Part shown: piece by piece, positions 17,740-28,691 of the stretch
How the letters are laid out: every line of letters starts with the position of its first letter
Position numbering within the stretch: the stretch's first letter is position 1
Source of the DNA: an uncultured Actinomycetota bacterium
Lineage (GTDB): Bacteria > Actinomycetota > Actinomycetes > Mycobacteriales > Nakamurellaceae
Assembly (NCBI GenBank): GCA_963797145.1
Contig: CAWCOJ010000009.1
Span: 12,424 to 76,423, forward strand
DNA length: 64,000 nucleotides
Reading direction: 5' to 3'
The notes under the pieces: model-generated
Told to the model about the DNA's origin: nothing
The model's database searches: none
What the model saw: the letters and a program-made list of their open reading frames with translations, nothing else
Position numbers and translations under genes: made by a program

Positions 17740-19884
17740 CTACTCCTCGAGCGCGACCCCGTCGGCGCTGACGGTGTAGCTCTTGCCCTGCACGACCAGC
17801 CCCTCGAGCCGGGCGGCCGGGTCGAAATGCGCGAGCACCCCGTCCGCCGTGACGGTTCCGTCCAGGCCGATCTCGACGCCGAACACGCCGGAGATCACCA
17901 GCTCGGACCAGGCACCGGCCGACGAGCACGACCAGTCGATCAGGTACGGGTACTGGGCGGGGGTCTTGCGGGCGCCGCCGGCGATCGGGTCGGCCGCCTC
18001 CTCCACGAAGTGCGCCTGGCCGGGCGGGCCCTGCAGGGTGCTGCGGGCGAGTCCGTCGATCCACTCGGCAACGACCTCCGGGTGCCCGAGCGCGATCGCG
18101 GACCGCGCCGAGTCCGGCGGCCACGCCGGATACGCGCCGTTCCATTGGTGGTCGGATCGGACCGAGTATGCGGAGTTCAGGTCATAGGGCGACAGCGCAC
18201 GCATCCAGGACGGGGTGCGCAACTCGCGGACGAAGAAGTCGACCATCTCGTCGGCCGCACCGGCCGGCAGGTCGTCCGGGATGGTGGTGCCGATGGTGGC
18301 GAAGTCGTAGCAGTGCCGGGTCTCCACCAGGGTGCCGTCGGGCATGGCCGTGTGGAAGATCCCCTTGCCCGGGATGTACCGCGCGGCAACGAGTGCAGCC
18401 AGATCACCCGACTCCGCACGCAGAGCGGAGGCGTCGTCGGCGCGACCCTGCAGGTCGGCGATGTCGGCGGCACGTCGCAGGCACCAGACGTTCGCGCCGT
18501 TCAGGCTGGCCACCTCGTGGACGTAGGTGGACACGCACTCGAGCAGGTTGTCGATGCCGCCGTAGTCGGCGAGGCCGGTGGCCGACCGGATCCGGTGCCA
18601 GGCCCTTGACCAGTCCTGCACGTGCTCCGCCATCGGCTTCCGATCACCGCTGGCGGCCGCGAACGACTCGTCGAGGAACCCGAGATCACCGGTGTGGCGC
18701 AGGTAGTCGTTGACGAGGCGGGTCATCGCGTAGTGGTTGACCGAGTACCAGTACCCCACCGGCCCGCCGGTGAGCCACTCGGTCCCGAAGTGCGAATCGA
18801 TGTCGAGGCCCACCCAGTGCGAGATCTGCCGCTTCATCTCGACCGGGTCGAGCAGCGCGTGCACCTGGGACGAGAGGCTGTAGTCCCAGATGAACGTGGT
18901 GGTCTGCCAGTGCCGCGGCATCAGGGTGTCGTAGGTGCGGCCGAGCACGCTGGCCGGATTGTCGCGTCGGAACCACAGCACGCCCATGGCACCCCACCAG
19001 TACAGGGTGCGCAGCGCATCGTTGTCGGTGTGCAGCACCGGCAGACTGCCGGAGAACTCGTCGTTGCCAGGGGTGAAGATCGCCGCCAGGCTCGCATTCC
19101 ACTGGGCCGTTGCCGCGTCCAGAGCGGCTTCGACATCCGCGGTCAACTCGGTGAACATGCTGCGGGCCAGTGACTTTCCGCCGTCGTCGGCGCCGCGCCC
19201 GGACGCGATCACGTAGCCGTAGGCGAGGCTCCTGGTCTCGCCGGCCGGCACCGTGCCGGTCGCCTGGAGCAGCCCGGCCGGGCCGCCGAGCTCCCAGTTG
19301 CCGTCGACCCCGACCAGGCCCTGCACCGCTGCCGCGGAACCATCCTCGGGGACCCCGATGCGCAGCCCACCGTCCGCCTCGACCGTGTTCGGCCGGGTCG
19401 GCGAGAACGGGCTGCCCCACGGCTCGTCGATCTGCGCGACCCAGCCGTGCCCGGCGTGCACCACGGCGGACTCGATCGCGAGCCCGATGGCGACCTCCCG
19501 TTCAGCGGTGCCCAGATTCGTGACGTCGATCCGCACCAGCACACCGGACGCGCCCGGCGGGCAGGCGGTGATGCTGTGGATCCGCCAGCCGCCGATCTCG
19601 GTGGTACGCAGTACCCGGTCCGGCCGCCACACGCACTCGACGGCCATCCCGAACGAACGACCCAGCCGTCCGTCGAGGAACAACTGGCCGGTGATGGTGT
19701 CGCCGGTGGAGACCGGGGGAACGTTCAGGCTGCGCACCGCGGTGACGTCGTGGTCGACCTGCACCACCGCGAGGTGGTTGGTCAACCCGGGCGGGTTGAC
19801 CATGTCGTCGTAGCGGTCGATCACGGTGGCGCTGGTGAAGTCCTCGACCGTTGGCACGAGTCGGGCGTCGATCAGGCTGGTCAT
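17740..19884 (-). CDS. Putative glycoside hydrolase, six-hairpin (alpha/alpha)6-like, family not assignable
   Basis: About 715 aa, FIWD motif, aromatic/acid-rich catalytic-like region, last gene of a sugar ABC operon. Confidence 0.6.
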   Translation of the reverse strand: MTSLIDARLVPTVEDFTSATVIDRYDDMVNPPGLTNHLAVVQVDHDVTAVRSLNVPPVSTGDTITGQLFLDGRLGRSFGMAVECVWRPDRVLRTTEIGGWRIHSITACPPGASGVLVRIDVTNLGTAEREVAIGLAIESAVVHAGHGWVAQIDEPWGSPFSPTRPNTVEADGGLRIGVPEDGSAAAVQGLVGVDGNWELGGPAGLLQATGTVPAGETRSLAYGYVIASGRGADDGGKSLARSMFTELTADVEAALDAATAQWNASLAAIFTPGNDEFSGSLPVLHTDNDALRTLYWWGAMGVLWFRRDNPASVLGRTYDTLMPRHWQTTTFIWDYSLSSQVHALLDPVEMKRQISHWVGLDIDSHFGTEWLTGGPVGYWYSVNHYAMTRLVNDYLRHTGDLGFLDESFAAASGDRKPMAEHVQDWSRAWHRIRSATGLADYGGIDNLLECVSTYVHEVASLNGANVWCLRRAADIADLQGRADDASALRAESGDLAALVAARYIPGKGIFHTAMPDGTLVETRHCYDFATIGTTIPDDLPAGAADEMVDFFVRELRTPSWMRALSPYDLNSAYSVRSDHQWNGAYPAWPPDSARSAIALGHPEVVAEWIDGLARSTLQGPPGQAHFVEEAADPIAGGARKTPAQYPYLIDWSCSSAGAWSELVISGVFGVEIGLDGTVTADGVLAHFDPAARLEGLVVQGKSYTVSADGVALEE

Positions 19885-19918
19885 CACATTCCTTGTCGTC
19901 ACAGCGGTTCGGTGGAGG

Positions 19919-20890
19919 TCAGTCGGCCAGCAGTCGCTCGGCCAACCACGGCCCCAGGTCGGCCTCGTCGAACGCGGCGCCGCCCTCGTGACCGTTGAAC
20001 GGCCGCACCACCACCTCGGGGGCGATCGTCATGTTGTTGATCGCCCCGTAGATACCGGATGGTGGGCACACGGTGTCCATCAGGGCGACGCAGATCCAGG
20101 TGGGGCACCGGATCCATGGCGCGAGCAGCGCGCAGTCGATGTAGGAGAGCACGTCCAGGGCCCGCGGCCCGGAGTCCCGGTGCACGCTCTGGTAGGTCGC
20201 GACCTCCAGGTACGGGCCCTCCGGGCTGATGGCCGCGCTCCGATCGATCCCGCACAGGAACGGTGTGCGGGCGGCGCAGGCCGCCACGTCGGGCACCAGG
20301 GCCGCTGCCGCCAGCGCCAGGGCGCCGCCCTGGCTGTGTCCCCAGGTGGCAACCCGGTCGGCGCGCACGCCGGGGAGGGTGCGCACCGCGTCGACGGCCC
20401 GGGCGGCGTCGGTGAAGACCCTTCGGTAGTAGAGGTTCTCGGGCGCGTCGATGCCTTTGGTGAAGAAGCCGGGGGTGGCCGGCCCGCTGCCGTACGGGTC
20501 GGGGGTGTCGCCGGTGACGAAGACGCTGCCCTGGCCGCGGGTATCGACCACGAACTGCTGGTAGCCGTGGGCCGCCCAGAGCATCCGCTCGTGCGGCAGC
20601 CCCCGGCCTCCGCCGTAGCCGATGAACTCGACCACGGCCGGCAGGTCGGTGGTGATCCCCTTCGGCCGGGTCCACCACGCCCGGATCGGTTCGCCGCCGA
20701 AGCCGGGAAAGGTGACGTCGGAGATGTCGAACGCGGTGACCGCGGTGCTGGCCGGCGTCACCGTGACCTCACCGCCGACGGACCTGGCCTGCGCCAGGGT
20801 GTCCGCCCAGAAACTCTCGAGATCGGTGGGGGCGGCGCGCGGGTACCGGTAGGCCTGCAACTGCTCCAGGGGAAGATCGGAGAGCGGCAT
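19919..20890 (-). CDS. Acetylxylan esterase / cephalosporin-C deacetylase (CE7-like)
   Basis: GYGGGRG, DTRGQG, YYRRVFTDA, GHSQGG, D.VCPPS, NGHEGG. Confidence 0.9.
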   Translation of the reverse strand: MPLSDLPLEQLQAYRYPRAAPTDLESFWADTLAQARSVGGEVTVTPASTAVTAFDISDVTFPGFGGEPIRAWWTRPKGITTDLPAVVEFIGYGGGRGLPHERMLWAAHGYQQFVVDTRGQGSVFVTGDTPDPYGSGPATPGFFTKGIDAPENLYYRRVFTDAARAVDAVRTLPGVRADRVATWGHSQGGALALAAAALVPDVAACAARTPFLCGIDRSAAISPEGPYLEVATYQSVHRDSGPRALDVLSYIDCALLAPWIRCPTWICVALMDTVCPPSGIYGAINNMTIAPEVVVRPFNGHEGGAAFDEADLGPWLAERLLAD

Positions 20891-22197
20891 CAGCGCACCG
20901 CCTTCCGCGCACCGAATCGCGCGGGATAGGTGTCGTAGGCGCTCTGCAGCGCTGCCGGCACTCCGCCCACCAAAGGGTCGGCGAAATCGGTGTTGGGGAG
21001 CAACGGATACCAGTCGGGCCGGCCGGGGTCCCGGTCGTAGGGGTAACCGCCCAGCTCGCGGTACAGCTCCGCGTACTCGGCCAGCTTGTCGCGGTCGAGC
21101 TCGACACCCAGGCCGGGACCGGTCGGTACTGCGATGGCGCCGTTCGTGTACCGCATCTTGCCGCCGACGATGATGTCGTCGACCAGGTGGTGGTAGTGCG
21201 CGTCGGCGGCCAGGTTCAGGTTGGGCAGGACAGCGCCCAGATGGAGCATGGTGGCCAGCTGGATGCCGAGCTCGCCGGAGGAGTGCACCGCGACGCCCAG
21301 CTGGAAGGTCTCGCAGACGGCGGCGGCCCGGACACACGGCCGGATGCCGCCCCAGAACGTTGTGTCCAGCAGCACAACGTCAACGGCTGGATCGAGGATG
21401 TTGGCGGCCAGTTGTTCGAAGTTGACCACGACGGTATTGGTGGCCAACGGGATCCGGGTGTTCTGCCGGACCCGACGCATGCCGTTGAGGCCCCAGGTCG
21501 GGTCCTCGAGGTAGTCGTTGTCCAGGTCTTCGATGGCGGCCGCGAACCGGATGGACTCCTCGACGCCGAGGGCGCCGTTCGGGTCGTACCGCAGCCGGTC
21601 ACCCGGCAGCGCGGCCGCCAACGCCCGGTAGCACTCCAGCTCGTAGCCGGTCGGAAACACCCCGCTCTTCAGCTTGTGCACCCGGAACCCGTGTTGCGCC
21701 TTGAGATCGAGCGCATGCTGGACGAACTGGTCGACCGTGCGGACCTCGCCGGTGCCGTCGGGCCCCGGGTACCGGTAGAACAGGTACGACGCGAAGTCGA
21801 CCTCGTCCCGTACCCGCCCGCCCAGCAGATCGTGCACGGGGAGGTTCGCCCGCTTGCCCAGCAGGTCGAGGCAGGCGAATTCGAGCGCCGCCAGCAGCTG
21901 GGTGCGGTTGTTGTACAGCGATGCCGTCGGGTTCGCGATCATGAACCGGAGGGCCTCGGTGCGGGCCGGGTCGTGGCCGACGAGATAGGGTTTGAGCGCG
22001 AGGATCGCGTCCTCGGCACTGGCGCCGCCGCCACCCATCTCCCCGAGACCGACCAGCCCGTCGGCGGTCTCGACCTCCACGATGGTCCGGACGAACCGGC
22101 CCCAGTGCGCGCCGTTGCTGTGCCGCAGCGGCGCCTCCAACGGCACCGTCACCGTGGTGGCCCGTACGTCGACGATGCGGAAGTCGTGCGCGGTCAC
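20890..22197 (-). CDS. Glucarate dehydratase-family enzyme (enolase superfamily)
   Basis: [35 protein letters not shown]. Confidence 0.8.
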   Translation of the reverse strand: MTAHDFRIVDVRATTVTVPLEAPLRHSNGAHWGRFVRTIVEVETADGLVGLGEMGGGGASAEDAILALKPYLVGHDPARTEALRFMIANPTASLYNNRTQLLAALEFACLDLLGKRANLPVHDLLGGRVRDEVDFASYLFYRYPGPDGTGEVRTVDQFVQHALDLKAQHGFRVHKLKSGVFPTGYELECYRALAAALPGDRLRYDPNGALGVEESIRFAAAIEDLDNDYLEDPTWGLNGMRRVRQNTRIPLATNTVVVNFEQLAANILDPAVDVVLLDTTFWGGIRPCVRAAAVCETFQLGVAVHSSGELGIQLATMLHLGAVLPNLNLAADAHYHHLVDDIIVGGKMRYTNGAIAVPTGPGLGVELDRDKLAEYAELYRELGGYPYDRDPGRPDWYPLLPNTDFADPLVGGVPAALQSAYDTYPARFGARKAVR

Positions 22198-22219
22198 CGT
22201 CGCTCCCCCTCTGTCGACA

Positions 22220-23053
22220 TCAGAACTGTCCCAGGGCCATGCCGCGGGTGAAGGTCCGTTGGGTCAGCAGGAACAGTACGACGGTGGGTAGCGACACCAG
22301 CAGCCCGCCGGCCAGCACCACCTGCATGGTCGAGCCGCCATAGGTGCTCTGCATCGCCACCAGCGCCGTCATCACCGGCCGGACGTCCTTGGACCTGGTC
22401 AGGGTCAGACCGATCAGCAGGTCGTTCCAGATCAGCGTCGCCTGCAGGATGAAGATCGCCACCAGGGCACTCGTCGACATGGGCAGGTAGATCCGGAGGA
22501 ACACCCGGAAGCTGCTGGCCCCGTCGACCGTGGCCGCCTCGAAGATCTCCCTGGCGATACCGGAGAAGAAGTTTCGCATCACGAACGCGGCGAACGGTAT
22601 GGCCAGCACGGTGTACAGCAGGATCAGGCCGGTGCGGGTGTCGTAGAGGTCGAACTTGACGTACGCGCGGAACAGCGGCATCAGGATCATCTGGATCGGC
22701 ACAACGGTCGCCGAGAAGATCACCACGAACCAGGCGAACCCGTGGCTGATCCGCAGGGCGACGATGGCGAATCCCACGGCTGCCCCGATGAACACCGCGA
22801 TGGCCGGCGACACGACGCTGTAGATCGCCGTGGAGAGCAGACCATCGCCCAGGTTGCCCTTCTCCCACGCCTGCCCCATGTTCGACCAGAGGCCGCCGAG
22901 GCCGACCGGCTGCCAGACATCGATGAAGCCGTACTGGTCGGAGGTCTTCGCCGCATTGGCCAGCAGGAGGTAGACCGGTATGAGCCAGAACAGTCCCATC
23001 GCCACCAGCACGATGCGGCGGATGACCCCGCCGAAGGTGAGGGTTCCCGGCAT
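22220..23053 (-). CDS. Carbohydrate ABC transporter permease
   Basis: EAA loop ([12 protein letters not shown]), six hydrophobic segments, WND. Confidence 0.95.
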   Translation of the reverse strand: MPGTLTFGGVIRRIVLVAMGLFWLIPVYLLLANAAKTSDQYGFIDVWQPVGLGGLWSNMGQAWEKGNLGDGLLSTAIYSVVSPAIAVFIGAAVGFAIVALRISHGFAWFVVIFSATVVPIQMILMPLFRAYVKFDLYDTRTGLILLYTVLAIPFAAFVMRNFFSGIAREIFEAATVDGASSFRVFLRIYLPMSTSALVAIFILQATLIWNDLLIGLTLTRSKDVRPVMTALVAMQSTYGGSTMQVVLAGGLLVSLPTVVLFLLTQRTFTRGMALGQF

Positions 23054-23977
23054 TCAGATCACCGACTTGGACTCGGAAAGCTGCCGGCGCAGATAGAGGC
23101 CTGCGGCTACCACGGTGATGATGGTGAGGAAGACGGCGATCGCCGCGCCCATTCCCCAGTCGTTCTCCTGGAAGGTCGACTTCCACATCCGTAGGGCGAG
23201 AGTCTCCGACTGCTTGCCGGGGCCGCCCTTGGTCATCGCGAACACCACGTCGAAGGTCTTCAGACTGCCGACGATGGCCAACCCGACAACCACCGTGGTG
23301 AGCGGCCGGAGCATCGGCCAGTAGATGTGCCGGAACAACTTCCAGCCGGACGCACCGTCGATCTTGGCCGCCTCCACCGGTCCCACCGGAATGGACGCCA
23401 GGCCGATGCCGAACAGCAGGGCGTTCACCCCGGCACCCTGCCAGGTGGTCGCGATGATCATCATCCAGGTGTTGAGCGGCGAGTCGAGCAGCCAGCGCAG
23501 ATCCTGGCCCGGCAGGTTGAAGAACTGCAGTGCCTCGGTCAGCGCGCCGCCGCTCTGCAGGATGAACGTCCAGATCACGCCAACGGCAACACCGGAAATG
23601 GCGTAGGGCAACAGGAACGGCAGCTTGTACCAGAACGAGCCCTTGAGCCCGTGCGCCAGCAGCGCGATCACCAGACCGAGACCCACCGGCAGCGCGATCG
23701 TCCCGACCACCCAGTACAGGGTGTTGACCATCGCATTGATGATCTCCGGGTCGACGATCATCTCTTTGTAGTTGGTGAGCCCGACCCAGGTGGCGTGTCC
23801 GAGACCGGAGTACTTCGTGAAGCTCAGGTAACCGGTCCACACGAACGGCAGGTAGAGCACCATCGCGACCAGGATCAGCGCGGGGGCCGCGAAGACGTTG
23901 GCCTGCAGCGCGTACCGGTTGCGCTCGGGCTTCCTGGTGCCCTGCACCTTCGAGGGCGTCTGCGTCACCACTGTCAT
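23054..23977 (-). CDS. Carbohydrate ABC transporter permease
   Basis: VGLTNY, EAAKIDGAS, TKGGPG. Confidence 0.95.
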   Translation of the reverse strand: MTVVTQTPSKVQGTRKPERNRYALQANVFAAPALILVAMVLYLPFVWTGYLSFTKYSGLGHATWVGLTNYKEMIVDPEIINAMVNTLYWVVGTIALPVGLGLVIALLAHGLKGSFWYKLPFLLPYAISGVAVGVIWTFILQSGGALTEALQFFNLPGQDLRWLLDSPLNTWMMIIATTWQGAGVNALLFGIGLASIPVGPVEAAKIDGASGWKLFRHIYWPMLRPLTTVVVGLAIVGSLKTFDVVFAMTKGGPGKQSETLALRMWKSTFQENDWGMGAAIAVFLTIITVVAAGLYLRRQLSESKSVI

Positions 23978-24099
23978 CGCGGGTTCCTCTCTCCTGCGGG
24001 TCGACCGGTCCGGCGCCGCTGGGCGACGCCGGACCGGTCACGGCCGAATGGGTGGGGCCGGATCGCTACTTGATAGAGCTCCGACCTCGTCGGGAATGT

Positions 24100-25551
24100 C
24101 TAGTTCCCGGCCCAGTACTTGTCGGCGGCAGCCTGGATCTTGGTGAGCATCGGCTTCGAGTCCGGCGTCGGGTTCGTGACGAACTCGTTGAACTCCGGAT
24201 CGGCCACGGTGTAGATCGGGTTCGGTGTCATCTCCAGCCAGCGTGGCTGGATCTCCCAATCCCCCTGTTTGCTCAGCAGTCCGGCGAGGGCCGGGTCGGC
24301 GGTCTTCACCTTCGGGTTGAAGGAGATGTCACCGCGCTTGTCCGACCAGGCCTGCTGGGCACTCTGGCCCATCCACCAGGCGCTGTAGGCCAGCGCGGAC
24401 TGCTCGTCCTTGGACCCCTTGCCGACGCAGAGCGGGCCGGTCTCCAGCACCATCTGCTGCTTGGTGACGCTCGGGTCGATGTTCGGCAGCACGAAGATGC
24501 CGTAGTCCTGATCGGACTTCATCCCGACGCTCGCGAGTTGGCCGGTGAAGAAGGTGCCGAAGTAGGCCATCGCCACCTTGCCGGTCTTCAGCAGGGTCTG
24601 CGGGTCGGTCTGCACCCCGGGGTCGAGGAAGTACTTCTTGTTCTCCATGTCGTACCAGTTGGTCATGGTGGTGACCACCGAGGGATCGGTGTACTTGGCC
24701 TTCCCGGTGCCCAGGCCTCGGTAGGCCTCGGGGTTGCTGCCGACCTGCAGCGCCTGGAACCAGACGAAGCTGAAGATGATGTTCATCTGGTGGATCGGCA
24801 CGATGCCGGCTGCCACGAGGGTGTCGGCCAGCTTGGTGAACTCCGCCCAGGTCGTCGGCACCGTCAGATTGTTGTCGGCGAAGATCTTCTTGTTGTAGTA
24901 CATCGCCCAGTACGCGACGAGCAGCGGGACGCAGTACTGCTTCCCGTCGTAGGTGTAGTTGTCCTTCAGACCGGCCGGCACGTCGCCGTTGGCCTCCGCG
25001 GCGTTCCAGATGTCGGTCGTCTCGGAGATGAGGCCCTCGTCCACCAGGGCCTTGAGCTGGTCGCCGGTGTGCCAGGTGAAGAGGTTGGGCTTCTGGTCGG
25101 TCTGGAAGCCCTGCTTGATGAAGGCGTCGTACTGCGCAGCGTCGGAGTAGCCGGTGAAGTTCAGCTCCAGATTGCACTCCGCCATGGACTTCTCGTTCAT
25201 CGCCTCGAAGTCCGGCTGCCAGGCCGCCTTGTCGGTGGCGAACTGCAGCGGGCCGGAGGCCGGTGCGGACTTGCAGTCGATCGGAGTCGCGCCCCCGGAG
25301 CTCGCCGCCGGGCTGCTGCCCTCCGCGGAACTCCCGGCCGCTGACGAGGATCCGGCGCTCGAGCCCGCCTCGCTGGACGACCCCGCCGGCGAACTCGCGG
25401 CGGCCGAACTCTCCGCGGCCGAACTCTGAGCGGATGTCGTCGGGGCTGCGCTGCTGCTGCCCGAGCCGCTATCGCTGCTACAGGCGGTGGCCACCACGAT
25501 CGGCACCAGGACGACCGCCATCGTCGCCAGGAATCTTCTGGACTTCTTCAC
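24100..25551 (-). CDS. ABC transporter sugar-binding lipoprotein
   Basis: Lipobox ATAC, Ser/Ala linker, YDGKQYCVP, YYNKKIF, PTTWAEF; GTG at 25551 with RBS GAGG. Confidence 0.9.
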   Translation of the reverse strand: MKKSRRFLATMAVVLVPIVVATACSSDSGSGSSSAAPTTSAQSSAAESSAAASSPAGSSSEAGSSAGSSSAAGSSAEGSSPAASSGGATPIDCKSAPASGPLQFATDKAAWQPDFEAMNEKSMAECNLELNFTGYSDAAQYDAFIKQGFQTDQKPNLFTWHTGDQLKALVDEGLISETTDIWNAAEANGDVPAGLKDNYTYDGKQYCVPLLVAYWAMYYNKKIFADNNLTVPTTWAEFTKLADTLVAAGIVPIHQMNIIFSFVWFQALQVGSNPEAYRGLGTGKAKYTDPSVVTTMTNWYDMENKKYFLDPGVQTDPQTLLKTGKVAMAYFGTFFTGQLASVGMKSDQDYGIFVLPNIDPSVTKQQMVLETGPLCVGKGSKDEQSALAYSAWWMGQSAQQAWSDKRGDISFNPKVKTADPALAGLLSKQGDWEIQPRWLEMTPNPIYTVADPEFNEFVTNPTPDSKPMLTKIQAAADKYWAGN

Positions 25552-25591
25552 ATTCCACCTCACTGTGGGGGTTGGTCGGGGGGTTCTACGA

Positions 25592-26807
25592 CTACTTGTG
25601 CTTGGTGACATTCAGGTCGATCTTGACGAACCGCGGCCGGTAGATGCTCGCGTCGGTGTACAGGCTGGGGTTGTCGAAGGTGTTGACGTTGTAGGTGACG
25701 TAGATGCTGTCGCCGCGCCGGAGCTCGGGATGCTCATGGGCGTTGTAGGCGAACACGTTCCCATCGCCATAGCTGCCGGTCGGGCCGGTCTCCGGCATCG
25801 AGTACAACACGCCGATGTCGGTGAACGGACCCTGCGGGCTGCAGGCGAAGTAGCCACGGATCTGCGGGTTGAACAGCACCGACGTATCCTGCGTGACGGC
25901 GAGATAGCCGTCCTTGAAGGGGGTCACACTCATCTCGTTGGCCACGCCGGAGAGGATGCGGGCCGAATCGGTCTCGGTGCGCGACCAGGTGGTGCCGGTC
26001 CAGTACCGCCAGGTGCTGAGCCGGGCCAGGTCGCCGCCGAGCACCTTGGCCACGTGCAGGTACTTCGAGGCGCCCAGATCCTCGACGCCGTAGACCAGCA
26101 GATCCTTGCCTTCACGCTGGATCCAGGCGCTCCATTCGACATTCGCGGCGGACGGCAGTGGGAGCACCGCGGACCGCTTCCAGGTGCGGGTGTCGAAGCG
26201 CACCACGTTGTTGCTGCTCCACGCCCAGTCCCATTGGCCGGGACCGAACTTGGCGAACTTGAGGGCCACCACGTCCAGGGTCTTCCCGGACCGGTCGGCG
26301 ACGCCGGCGCCGAACCAGTACCAGCTGTCCGGGTCGGCGGGCGGGACCAGAGCGGTCGGGCGCCGCCTTGGTACCACCGGTGATGGTCTGCAGCCGGCCG
26401 TTCTTCTCGACGACGATCGAGTTGTTGATGAACGGGCTGGTGGTCGGCCGGCTGCCGTCCGCGGCGACCGGCCCGAGGAAGGTGTCGGAGAAGATCCAGG
26501 CCTCCCGGCCGCCCGAGATCGGCGCCGAGTAGGTGGAATCGGCGCCGGACCAGCCGGTCCCGTCGCCGCCGCCGCGGTTGCCGTAGACGGTGAACCGGTC
26601 GGTGCGGGCGGTGTCGACCGCAGCGGTCGGCGCGACCGTCGCGCCGGTGAGCGAGCAGCCGTCATGGTGGCCGGCGGCGCTCGCCGATCCGACGGTGGTG
26701 GCCGGGGTGGCTGCGTCGGAGATCGACGGGGTGATCAGTCCGATCAGCACCGCCAGGGCCGCGCCGAGGGCGGACCGACGTGCGGTGACACGGGGGGATG
26801 AAGCCAT
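25592..26807 (-). CDS. Secreted DUF4185/DUF5005-like beta-propeller, putative glycosidase (frameshift ~26350)
   Basis: Signal peptide with RR; WSGADSTYS, WIFSDTFLG, FINNS, SPQGPF, YNAHEHPEL, YRPRF. Confidence 0.7.
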
Positions 26808-26853
26808 GTTCTCTCCTCGTTGAGAGCGGGTGCCGTTGAGAGCGCGGGACCGT

Positions 26854-27541
26854 TCAGGGGCGGGATTGCCGGGCGCTGACGACTTCCAGCACCTCGGCGA
26901 GGTGATCGTGCATCGCCCGGTGCGCCGCCTTCGGCGTCACCGGACCTGATATGCCGGACGATCTCGGCATGCTCGTCGTAGTCCTGGGCGGCATCCCCGT
27001 ACAGCTCGAGGATCTCCGCCTGGTCCGCGGCATGCACCGCGGCCAGTGAATCCAGCGTCTCGGCCAACACCGCGTTGCCGGTGGCCGCGGCGACACTTCG
27101 GTGGATGTCGACATTGGCCGCCACCAGCCGTGGATCACCGCTGAGCAGGCACCCGTGCGCGTCCTCCAGCGCCCGCTCCAGCTGGTCGACGCCGTCGGCC
27201 GAGCGCACTGTCGCGGCCAGTGCGGCGATCGGGGGCTCGATCACCAACCGGGCCTGCAGGAGTTGGGCCAGCTGCTCGCCCGTCGGCCGCGGGGCCAGCA
27301 CGTTGGCCAGCACCATCCGGGTGGAATTCGGGCCGACATAGATGCCCGAACCGTGCCGGAACTCCAGAATGCCCATGCCCTCCAGCCGCCGGAGCGATTC
27401 ACGCATGGTCGGTACCGCAACCCCGAACCGGGCAGCGAGCGGCCGAAGCGCCGGGATCGCTTGCCCGGCAACCAGTTTGTCGGTGCTGATCATCTCGGCA
27501 ACTGCTGCGGCCAGATCGGTCGACAGGTCGGAGCGACGCAC
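26854..27541 (-). CDS. FadR/GntR family transcriptional regulator (frameshift ~26930)
   Basis: wHTH LAARFGVAVPTMRESLRRLE..RHGSGIYV plus FCD domain; C-terminal AMHDHL in an alternate frame. Confidence 0.85.
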
Positions 27542-27656
27542 TGGGTCCGACCCACGCGAGGGCTCAGGGCTCCGTCGACTCCAGTGCCGGCTGCGTCACA
27601 AAGTGATCTAATCACATGGTGACTTCACATGGAAGCCACCCTCGGTAACGAACCGA

Positions 27657-28691
27657 TTACAGGCCCAGCCCGTTGAACACCCCCTGCAGGTAGCCGATGG
27701 CATGGGCGCGCCCCCGGCTGCAGTACGCCTCGGAGGAGGTGTCGCCCCAGGTGTCCGGATCGCCGATCATCGCCGGGACGTGGTCGTCGATCACGAAACC
27801 GTCGAACCCGTTCTCGTGCAGTCGACGGATCACCGCTGCTGGATTGAAGTTTCCCTCGCCGAGGAAGCTCTCGGAGAACGTCGGCACCGTGCCCTGGACG
27901 TCCCGAAAGTGCACGTAGCACAACGCACCGAGCGGCCCCAGGGTGTCGATCACCTCGAAGACGGCGTCCTGGCCGCCCATCTCGGACACCGTCCCGATGC
28001 AGAAATTGACTCCCCAGGCCGGGCTGCCACCGGCCTGATCGTACGCCCGGCGCAACGCCGCCGGACTCCGGAAGATGCGCGCAGCGCCGCCCAACGGCAC
28101 GTCCACCGGCGGATCGTCGGGGTGCAGCGCGAGCCGGACGCCGACCTCCTGGGCCACCGGCAGGACCGCGTCCAGGAAGTACTGGTGGTTGGCCCACATG
28201 GTGTCGTCGGAGATCTCCTCGGTGACCTGCTGGTCCGACACCAGCTTGTAGCCGGCGAGCGCGTTACCGTCCCGCAGCGCGGCCTGCAGGTCGAACGCCG
28301 TCACCGCCGCACCGCCGCGGCCCGCCGCGCGCATCTCGGTCCGCCAGACGTAGGTGACCAGGAAGTTGTAGCCGAGCATGTCGAGGCCGACGGCGGCCAT
28401 GTTGCGGATGGTGGTGAGGTAGTTGTCGATCTGCTCGTCCCGGCCCGGGAGCCCGCGTTGGATCTTCCAGAACGCCGACGGGGCAACGTTCTCCAGTCCG
28501 TCGACCCGCAACCCGTCGGCCGTGCAGCGGTCCACCAGCGCGCGGAGCTCGTCCACCCCCCAGAAGCCGTCGGTGGCGGCGAGGTTGTCCGGGTTGTGCA
28601 GCTGCACACCGGTCAGGCCGAGCTGTCGGGCGAAGGTGGCCACCCGGTCGTCATAGGAGTCGACGTGCCCCATCGAGAGCCGCATGGTCAT
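27657..28691 (-). CDS. uxuA: Mannonate dehydratase (UxuA family)
   Basis: GYNF, LALHPDDPP, FCIGT, YVHFRDV, F.ESFLGEG, DHVP, AIGYL. Confidence 0.8.
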   Translation of the reverse strand: MTMRLSMGHVDSYDDRVATFARQLGLTGVQLHNPDNLAATDGFWGVDELRALVDRCTADGLRVDGLENVAPSAFWKIQRGLPGRDEQIDNYLTTIRNMAAVGLDMLGYNFLVTYVWRTEMRAAGRGGAAVTAFDLQAALRDGNALAGYKLVSDQQVTEEISDDTMWANHQYFLDAVLPVAQEVGVRLALHPDDPPVDVPLGGAARIFRSPAALRRAYDQAGGSPAWGVNFCIGTVSEMGGQDAVFEVIDTLGPLGALCYVHFRDVQGTVPTFSESFLGEGNFNPAAVIRRLHENGFDGFVIDDHVPAMIGDPDTWGDTSSEAYCSRGRAHAIGYLQGVFNGLGL

